The position numbers were made by a program, and so were the translations under genes. 64,000 nucleotides of DNA from Nemertoderma westbladi (taxonomy: Eukaryota; Animalia; Xenacoelomorpha): the NCBI GenBank assembly GCA_032718475.1, contig JAUCBJ010006724.1, forward strand, positions 1-64,000, written 5' to 3'. Under the pieces are notes generated by a model. It was not told where the DNA came from, ran no database searches, and saw only the letters and a program-made list of their open reading frames with translations. Below, piece after piece: positions 57,224-64,000 of the stretch. The first letter of the stretch is position 1. Each line of letters begins with the position of its first letter.

Positions 57224-58466
57224 TTCAGAGTTTATGCTATTATTCGCAACATTCATATCCCCAAGTTTATTCCTACAGTAATTGTGTTTGTTATACATAC
57301 CGTTATAGTTAAACTAACCCCGGTACTACATCAGGGCTGCTCGGCGTAGGTAAAGACTGGTGATTTTGTGCACCGGTCACTCCAGCAGATGCCGTGGTTC
57401 TTTTAGCTGTTCAAGTATTTTAACTACTAATTATTTGTTGTACAAGTACTTGTACCTAATTTAGGGTTTAGTGTACAGTGCTTTCCGAAAGCAATTAGTG
57501 TGTAGGCAGTATATTTGTGTTGTAAAGTGGTTAATAGGCACGTTGGTTCTGGTAGACCTCGGTAATTAACTTCTAGGTAGGGACACTCCATGATACATAA
57601 CGTAGTACCTATAGCGATACGGTTATAGGTCGTCAGGCGGTGGTATTTTCCTATCTGGACAACGCAGTATATTTACTACTACTTATTATTTTCAAATACC
57701 GTAGTAACCTGTCCGTTGTAATAACCAGATATTCTAACCCTTTGTTAGGCTGGTTAGTAGACTTCTTGTAAAATTACCCTAAAAATTCTGTATTTGTGTA
57801 TTTGTAATTAAATTTTTGTGTTTATTTAGAGATTGTAATCTCAACCCGAATTGTACGTAATTTGTAGTATTAAGTAACTTAGGTAAATTAGAATTATTTG
57901 TTTTAGTGTCTAACAAGTAGCACTCCACTGAGAGCGCACAGCTTATGTGTAGTGACTCCCCCAGAAATAATAACATTTATTTCAAACTCCCCCAGAAATA
58001 ATAACATTTATTTCAAACATTGACAAAACCCATTAAACGGGTATATATATATTATAAATCAACTCAAACGATTTATAAATAGTAGGCCTGCCATACAACA
58101 ATTAGGTCTCAATATCAGTTGGACTACTGCTTAAATAACGGCAATAAAGTAAGTTAAAGTAACCAAGTAACCCTTAAAATTCAGAAATTCAATTATTCTA
58201 AAATAATTGACATACCGGTATCCACGATAGGCCTATTATATATTTATATATATTTGTGCTAAAATTACCTACCGGTATTCTGTGATAAACTAGTCTGTAA
58301 TAATACTTATATATACTATAAGCATACCGGTATACTAATATATTATATATCACGCTACACTGAGTAGCAGTATCGGTAATTAATTACTAGGCTAGCAGTT
58401 AACACTGAATTACTAGACTTGCTTAGACTGTAATATAGCAGTAGACATTCAACTGTGTAAACAAAC

Positions 58467-61400
58467 ATGTCTGATACTAAGCAGAACCTGTCAGACAGTT
58501 TATTAGATGTAACTATCTGCGACTCAGATAGAGGTGTAGAACCGTCTAGTCCTAAGTTCAGTTCACCTCCCACTGTGAGGAAGGTCATCCCTCCAGTAGT
58601 AATAACAGAACCTAGGCTGGTCCAACATCATAGGTCTATCATAGGCACTCGAGCTCAGGTCAAGCGGGACCAAGAAGCAGCGGAACAGCAACAACCCGCG
58701 AGCCAAGAACTTATTTCTCAGCGGCCCGACAGCTCCAGTAGTGAAGATACTGTAGAGCTGACACCCGAGCGCGGAGCAAGGATGACGGATGCGGTTTATT
58801 CGGATCCCCTTCTCATCCTTCCTGCAGCCGTACTCACTAGGTTATTGATCGCGGTGGAAGAACACCAGATCGACTGGGCGAGAAGTAAGCGATCAACTAA
58901 AGATAGTTATGAGGGATACACAAGGGAAGAACTGAAGTCTATGGTCGAGTCGCAATGGAACTTCCCCGGACCCGGACTCCCGTTTGATTTATCAGAAGCT
59001 GCCTGGGAAGACATACACCGGATGGGAGTAGCCAAGGAAACCATCGATCCAGCTGTGTGGAAGAGGTCCGCAGCCGGATACGCACAGGGATTCTTCAGCT
59101 CTATGGAGCGAGTAGAAAAACAACTGTTTCAACAACCTCAAGGACCTCAAGAGCAAGGACAACTGCTTTATCAAGTTAGAGAAAGAATTCTGCGAATCAG
59201 GCTAATATTATCAGCCTTTGAAGAGGCTTCTAAAAGAAGACAAGACACGTCGTTGCAAGTTGCCGTAAAGACTTGGTTTCAACGGGTGAGTCACCAGGTT
59301 CAAGGAACAGCTCAGTGGAAAGCTCAGCTGGAGGAGCGCTCAACCCATGGAGAATCAACAGACGCTACTTTTTCCCAAGTGGAAAGTGAAGCGACGGCAG
59401 AGAAACCGCATAAGAGGGATGCCATTGACATCTATCTGTCAGACTATCAGCGTTTTTTGGGAGATGAAGAGTTGAGGAGAAGGCTAGATGGACTTAGCCC
59501 TAATAGTGAAGGAGCACAGCGTGTGCTTGACGCCATCGACGTGGATAGGTTAGCGGTGAACCAAGCTAAATTCGATGAACAACTCCGCATCGCTAGAGAC
59601 CAAGAAGAAAGGGTGAAGAAAAAACGCATAGAAGACAGAAAGAAAGCAGCAGTAGCAGCTGCGGAAGCCGAAAGAGAAGCGGCAGCGGCAGCTGCAGAAG
59701 CCGAAAGAGAAGCGGCAGCGGCAGAGGCAGAAGCGGAAAGAAAAGCGGCAGCGGCAGAGGCAGAAGCGGAAAGAAAAGCGGCAGCGGCAGAGGCAGAAGC
59801 GAAAAGAAAAGCAGCCGAAATGGAAAGAAAAGTGGCAAGAGCAGCGGCAGAAGCGGAGCGGATAGCAGCTGAAGAGATTGCCCAATTAGAATTGGAAAAT
59901 ATTCAGGAGAATCAAGACTGCATAAATAAACAGTTAACAGCTAGTAATATGCAGATGATGAATCGATCTACTCCCAAAAGACAGGGATATACATCATCTG
60001 AGGAAGGCGATACCACCGATACTGAAGGCAAAGGAAATAGATCTCACCTAAGCAGACGCAAAAGAACATTCCACCGTCAGAAATTGCCTGATTTGCCTCC
60101 AGCTGTTAGAAGGCAACTAAATAACACCAACTTAGGTAGTACAGAACCCACAGACCAAATAATTACAATAGAGAGACTCCCTACTATAGTAGATGAGCCT
60201 GAAATAATTAGGCCTGTTCCCGAAGCCACCCTTTCGGTCGTAGAGACACCTGTACTCCCTGAACCTACCTCTCAATTCCCTTTGCACAGCACTAAGCTAC
60301 CTGTGCCCAGCAGAACAGCCCATGAGACAGTTCAGGCCCTGGACTCCGAGCGAAATATTCATGATTTGTCGCCCGTTGTCCCTCGTCCGCCCGCTACAAC
60401 GTTGGCGAATCCCGCTTCGGCGGTCGAATGGGTGGACGAGAGACGACGGGGGATGGATCTCCTGCTCGGACAGATGCAGGAGGCTGTTCAGCAATTCAAG
60501 GGCACAGTAAGGGAAAGTAGGCTAGAGTTGCAAGAAGTGCAGCAAAGTATCGCGCTAGAACGCGATAAATTAGTAAATACACAAAGGGGTATACCACCAC
60601 CCCCTGTAACAATGTGTCAACCTGTTAGGTCTGAAGTATCTCATGCGCAAGGTGTGGAGCCTACACGCATCTATACTGCTAGCGAAGTAGAAACTCCTAT
60701 AGTGAACCCTATTAAGAGTAATTATAGACCTGTTGATAATGATATTCCCTATAGACCGGATCATAATCCGAGAAATTTATATACCGATAACTCGATATTA
60801 AATAACACGATGGCCCAAGAAAGTTTTACGCGTCAAATGGCTAGAACCGAAGCCCGGCAAGCGGTAAAGGTGGGAGAGATCGTCAAGTTCAATGGAGATG
60901 AGATGAAATGGTTACCTTTTAATGAATATTACAAAGATAACATACAGAACTCTGTACTTTCTAATGGAGAGAAACTTAGATTCCTCATCGAGTGCTTGGA
61001 AGGATCTCCCAAGTTAATGGCGTTAAAGTTTATTGGACATCCAGACGGATTAAGACAAGTTTGGGATACACTAAACATCAGGTATGGTAATAGGAATAAC
61101 ATAGCTGGGTATTTGTATGCAAAGTTAGTAGCGCCCCGAAAGTTTATTAGCAGCGGAATTATAGAGTTTTCCGATGAGATTCAGGAGATCTGCAGACAAT
61201 TAGATTGGCTAGGTAAGTCTCATGAGTATCAGAATGCTATGGTTATTAGAGCAGTGGCTTCTACTTTACCGAAGGGTGGAGTAGGTACACGCTGGGATAA
61301 GAAAGTGTTATATATGATGGAACAACAACGACGAGACCCTACCATGGCTGATCTCATGTCATTCCTAGATGGAGAAGTGAAATTACAGCTCCTGAAACTG

Positions 61401-64000
61401 TCCAGAGAGAAGACACCGGAAAACAAGGTAAGTGAAAAACCCGTCGCTAGGAGAAAGGTAACACCAGTGTGTTATACAGATGATGGCGAAAGCCAGACTT
61501 CTCAAGGAGAAGATAGCGGGAAAGACACTGACAGATCTTATTACGTAAATAAAATGCCTAAAGATCAGGTAAGTAAATTCAAGTCTCGAACAAATGACAG
61601 GAGAGAACAGGTAAGAAAAACTCCTCCTACGTCTCCCAAGAGAATTCAGGTGAGAAAGCCCGAAGAAAGGACAAGTGTACACAATGTTACTCAGAATAAG
61701 GTAAGTAACATCAAACCGAAATGTGCGCTATGTGATGGGACCCATCGCTTGAATATGTGTGATGAATTTCTAAAGAAATCATTAACTGAGAGACGTGAAG
61801 TCATGTGGGATAAGCGGTTGTGTTATAATTGCCTCAGACATGGACACCAACGGCGAACCTGTTACTCTGACATAAGATGTGCCAAGTGCGGTGCGAAACA
61901 TCATATCTTGTTACACACTGAATTCGAGCGAAATAGTCCGAGTCAGGTAAGTGATTCCGAGCTACATGTCCAATTCAGTGATGTGAACGACACTGATCAA
62001 TCTGAGATGGAAGGATTCTATACAGACGAGTTCTCCGACGAAAACGAATCCTGTTACACAATAAATACCACAGTGTATCGAGCACTCACGTATGAAAGGG
62101 ATACGGACAGCGACCTTACCCTAACTACTTCTGATCAACAACCATTTTGGAAAGCGCCAACTTCCAATGTAGGGATTAGAGAATTTCCTGTGGTACAGGT
62201 AAGGGTCCATGGACCAAAAAGGAGTTATGTAGTGAACACCCTCCTTGACTCCGGTAGTACAGGAACATTCATCGACAAAGAGCTAGCCGAGGACATATTC
62301 GCTGGACAACCCAAGTTCCGAACTAAGCTAAACATGTCAGGAATTATGCAAGTTTGGAAATCCACAGTAACAGCGGATTATTATGTAGGTGCGTTGTCCA
62401 CCCCCCAGGACGAACTAGGAGAACATAGCATAAGGTCAGTGAAAATGGTGGCTATAAAGAACTTCGCTACTACTCAAGCAGACCTTTATAATTGGGACGA
62501 GGATGAGAGCATCCAACATCTTAAGATACCTCGATTCCAGACTGATTATCCTGGAGTGCAAATACTCATCGGCCAAAACGCGCATGAGGCGCTCGAGACA
62601 TTGGAGAAACGGCCTGCTCAACCGCAGCCACTACAAACCTATGCGGTAAGAACTAGAGTAGGTTGGTACTTTACTGGCCCTTCCCGTAGAACTCTCATGG
62701 AAAGATTACCGAAAGACCAGGTATATCAAGCGCGAGAATGGGAAGTTGAGAACAGTGAGTTCGACGATCCAACTGAGAGAACTCCATACTCCTCAGACAA
62801 CGACGATATACATCAACTTTTTGATGAGGAGAATGCCATCGATCTCCTTAAGGAAAGCGAGACTTGGCAAAATCAAGTGAACTTATGTCAACTCCTTCTC
62901 CCATCTGAGCGAGACGACTATAACGACGAGCTTAATGACGTCATTGAACGTTATAATGCCAAGACTCGGGATGAACACGCCGTGAGATTCTTTACTCAAG
63001 AGGTCGTAGAGCCCAACTCCTACGATAAGGCCCTATCGGTGGAGGAAGAAAGAGCCAAGCAGATCCAAGCGACAACTACTCGTTTTCTTAAAGATCAAGG
63101 TAGGTATGAGATCGGACTTCCTTTCCGAAAGCGAGAACCAAAGTTCATTAACAACAGACCTTTGGCAGAGAAAAGAATTGCTCAACTACATCGACGCCTT
63201 ACGGCAAATTCTTCAGCTAAAGAAATGTATAAAACACAGTTGAAGAAGTTTATTAGCAAGGGATATGCGGAGCTAGTACCGGAAGAAACCCCTATAACTG
63301 AGAGAACGTATTACTTAACTCACCATTACGTTCCCAAACCCGGTAAACCCCATGAAGTACGAGTGGTGTTTGACGGTTCCGCCCTTTATATGGGCCAATC
63401 TCTTAATTCTGAATTGTTACCCGGACCCAACTTACTCCAATCTTTGTTGGGAATACTACTAAGATTAAGACAATATTCCATTGCTTTCGCATCAGATATA
63501 GAAGGCATGTTCTTACAAGTCAAAGCGCTGGATAGGGATCGAGATAGCCTACGATTTTTGTGGTGGCCTGAAGGAGACCTCAATAAGAAACCTGTGGAGT
63601 ACTGGATGACCATCCAAGCTTTTGGGATAATCTCGAGCCCTTCAAACGCCTGTTCCGTGGTGCGCACCACTGCGGATGACAACCGAGACGCCTTCTCTAA
63701 AGAAGTGATCGACAATATCAAACGAGACATCTACATGGACGATAATCTAAAGTCCCTTCCATCAGTTGAAGAAGCCATTGAGGTCGCTAAAGGAACGGTA
63801 GAGTGCTTAAAAAGAGGTGGATTTCGATTAACTAAATTCACCAGCAACTCCCGTGAGTTTCTGGAGTCGATCCCGGTAGAAGATCGAGGAACAAAGGACC
63901 TGGATCTAATAAAGGATGATCTCCCAGAAACTAAGACCCTTGGTTTGAAATGGGACACAGAAAGAGATATCCTGTTTTTCCAACTAAAACAGCGAGATAA
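58467..64000 (+). CDS. BEL/Pao Gag-Pol polyprotein, open to the window end (>1840 codons; absent from the ORF track because it has no stop)
   Basis: ATG at 58467 is in frame with KFNGD..KW Gag core (~60880), three zinc knuckles (61722-61915), LLDSGS protease (~62245) and RT motifs VRVVFDG, SDIEGMF, FG and YMDD (63732). Confidence 0.93.
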   Translation, partial: MSDTKQNLSDSLLDVTICDSDRGVEPSSPKFSSPPTVRKVIPPVVITEPRLVQHHRSIIGTRAQVKRDQEAAEQQQPASQELISQRPDSSSSEDTVELTPERGARMTDAVYSDPLLILPAAVLTRLLIAVEEHQIDWARSKRSTKDSYEGYTREELKSMVESQWNFPGPGLPFDLSEAAWEDIHRMGVAKETIDPAVWKRSAAGYAQGFFSSMERVEKQLFQQPQGPQEQGQLLYQVRERILRIRLILSAFEEASKRRQDTSLQVAVKTWFQRVSHQVQGTAQWKAQLEERSTHGESTDATFSQVESEATAEKPHKRDAIDIYLSDYQRFLGDEELRRRLDGLSPNSEGAQRVLDAIDVDRLAVNQAKFDEQLRIARDQEERVKKKRIEDRKKAAVAAAEAEREAAAAAAEAEREAAAAEAEAERKAAAAEAEAERKAAAAEAEAKRKAAEMERKVARAAAEAERIAAEEIAQLELENIQENQDCINKQLTASNMQMMNRSTPKRQGYTSSEEGDTTDTEGKGNRSHLSRRKRTFHRQKLPDLPPAVRRQLNNTNLGSTEPTDQIITIERLPTIVDEPEIIRPVPEATLSVVETPVLPEPTSQFPLHSTKLPVPSRTAHETVQALDSERNIHDLSPVVPRPPATTLANPASAVEWVDERRRGMDLLLGQMQEAVQQFKGTVRESRLELQEVQQSIALERDKLVNTQRGIPPPPVTMCQPVRSEVSHAQGVEPTRIYTASEVETPIVNPIKSNYRPVDNDIPYRPDHNPRNLYTDNSILNNTMAQESFTRQMARTEARQAVKVGEIVKFNGDEMKWLPFNEYYKDNIQNSVLSNGEKLRFLIECLEGSPKLMALKFIGHPDGLRQVWDTLNIRYGNRNNIAGYLYAKLVAPRKFISSGIIEFSDEIQEICRQLDWLGKSHEYQNAMVIRAVASTLPKGGVGTRWDKKVLYMMEQQRRDPTMADLMSFLDGEVKLQLLKLSREKTPENKVSEKPVARRKVTPVCYTDDGESQTSQGEDSGKDTDRSYYVNKMPKDQVSKFKSRTNDRREQVRKTPPTSPKRIQVRKPEERTSVHNVTQNKVSNIKPKCALCDGTHRLNMCDEFLKKSLTERREVMWDKRLCYNCLRHGHQRRTCYSDIRCAKCGAKHHILLHTEFERNSPSQVSDSELHVQFSDVNDTDQSEMEGFYTDEFSDENESCYTINTTVYRALTYERDTDSDLTLTTSDQQPFWKAPTSNVGIREFPVVQVRVHGPKRSYVVNTLLDSGSTGTFIDKELAEDIFAGQPKFRTKLNMSGIMQVWKSTVTADYYVGALSTPQDELGEHSIRSVKMVAIKNFATTQADLYNWDEDESIQHLKIPRFQTDYPGVQILIGQNAHEALETLEKRPAQPQPLQTYAVRTRVGWYFTGPSRRTLMERLPKDQVYQAREWEVENSEFDDPTERTPYSSDNDDIHQLFDEENAIDLLKESETWQNQVNLCQLLLPSERDDYNDELNDVIERYNAKTRDEHAVRFFTQEVVEPNSYDKALSVEEERAKQIQATTTRFLKDQGRYEIGLPFRKREPKFINNRPLAEKRIAQLHRRLTANSSAKEMYKTQLKKFISKGYAELVPEETPITERTYYLTHHYVPKPGKPHEVRVVFDGSALYMGQSLNSELLPGPNLLQSLLGILLRLRQYSIAFASDIEGMFLQVKALDRDRDSLRFLWWPEGDLNKKPVEYWMTIQAFGIISSPSNACSVVRTTADDNRDAFSKEVIDNIKRDIYMDDNLKSLPSVEEAIEVAKGTVECLKRGGFRLTKFTSNSREFLESIPVEDRGTKDLDLIKDDLPETKTLGLKWDTERDILFFQLKQRD

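Overview
AT-rich eukaryotic (invertebrate-like) DNA made almost entirely of nested transposable elements, with two host-like genes. The genes are an intronless tandem C2H2 zinc-finger gene (6750-8417, minus) and a spliced gene with two fibrinogen C-terminal (FReD) domains in tandem (exons 50859-49678 and 48579-47641, minus). Apparently intact or young elements are a CRE-clade RT+RLE retrotransposon (18318-22212), a BEL/Pao element with identical-looking 266-bp LTRs and a tRNA-Tyr PBS (34099-40412) and a CR1 LINE (40511-44940). A second, large BEL/Pao element runs from 55213 off the window end, and its LTR family recurs at 989-2202 and 29365-29689. The strongest novelty candidate is this second BEL element. 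It has no tRNA PBS; instead the 11 nt directly after its LTR are the perfect reverse complement of an 11-mer inside the LTR, the layout of Tf1-type self-priming. Its gag also carries eight phase-0 consensus 5' splice sites. Other highlights are an L2/Crack-like LINE with a ~265-aa Thr/Ala/Pro repeat inserted in frame in the RT core and a UGA-CUA ORF1/ORF2 junction, and a foldback element flanked by a 20-bp direct duplication. All calls come from reading the sequence by eye; no database searches were run.
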